Shown one piece after another: positions 19,726 through 20,000 of a stretch of 20,000 nucleotides of DNA. Position 1 is the stretch's first letter. The number at the start of each line of letters is the position of its first letter. The translations under genes and the position numbers were made by a program. Origin of the DNA: Chiloscyllium plagiosum (taxonomy: Eukaryota); assembly GCF_004010195.1 (NCBI RefSeq), contig NC_057711.1:83453930-83473929 (forward strand). The letters are read 5' to 3'. A model generated the notes under the pieces. The model had not been told where the DNA came from. It saw nothing but the letters and a program-made list of their open reading frames with translations, and did not search any database.

Positions 19726-20000
19726 TTTTTTTTTATAGATATTTTTATTAGAAATTTAACATTTTTACAAGTTTACAAAAATAAACAAAACTCTCAGATA
19801 TAAACATTGATATACAATTAGCTCAAATATACAATAGCCAAAATTTGACAAAAAAAAAACAAAACAACCAAAAAAAACCGAAAAAAAAACCAACAAAAAA
19901 GAACAAACAGACAAAACTCAACTATCTACTAATCTAACCTACAACTAACCAGGGTGTATATTTAAGTCTCTTACATGCTCGGAATGTGTTAACATCAGAT
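19726..20000 (-). mobile_element. 3' end of an L1/Tx1-like LINE (T-rich 3' UTR, AATAAA, poly-A), continuing beyond the window
   Basis: Minus strand has a long T/GT-rich tract, then ctAATAAAaatatctat and A9 (19726-19734). Confidence 0.6.

Noticed and set aside
19850..19915. A/C-rich tract as a telomeric or satellite repeat
   Set aside because: It is irregular and better explained as the T-rich 3' UTR of a minus-strand L1/Tx1-like element.
1..20000. CRISPR array, operon or prokaryotic defence system
   Set aside because: There is no regularly spaced repeat-spacer array and no intact gene cluster. The repeats are dispersed vertebrate TEs.

Overview
This is eukaryotic, transposon-saturated non-genic DNA, very likely from a shark or other cartilaginous fish, because it carries HE1-type V-SINEs and a CR1/HER1-like LINE that shares their 3' tail. 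I see no convincing host protein-coding exon; the ORF-track ORFs are TE remnants, antisense SINE frames or N-gap artefacts. The window holds more than 10 pieces of Penelope-like elements (PLEs) from at least three families, and a decayed Gypsy LTR retrotransposon (about 11641-15595) that keeps its PPT and 3' LTR. It also has CR1 and other LINE fragments, several SINE families, a TA-flanked Tc1/pogo-like MITE, Harbinger Myb/SANT-like relics, an L1/Tx1-like 3' end and a 574-nt assembly gap. The most notable signal is a recurring minimal type-I hammerhead ribozyme motif (CTGAnGA-stem II-GAAA-palindromic stem III) in the PLE terminal repeats. It also occurs in short non-coding, partly palindromic insertions that carry their own target-site duplications (TSDs). 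PLE-associated hammerheads are an established phenomenon; whether these short derivatives form an undescribed retrozyme-like family needs a database search. Family names come from recognition by eye, not from a search.
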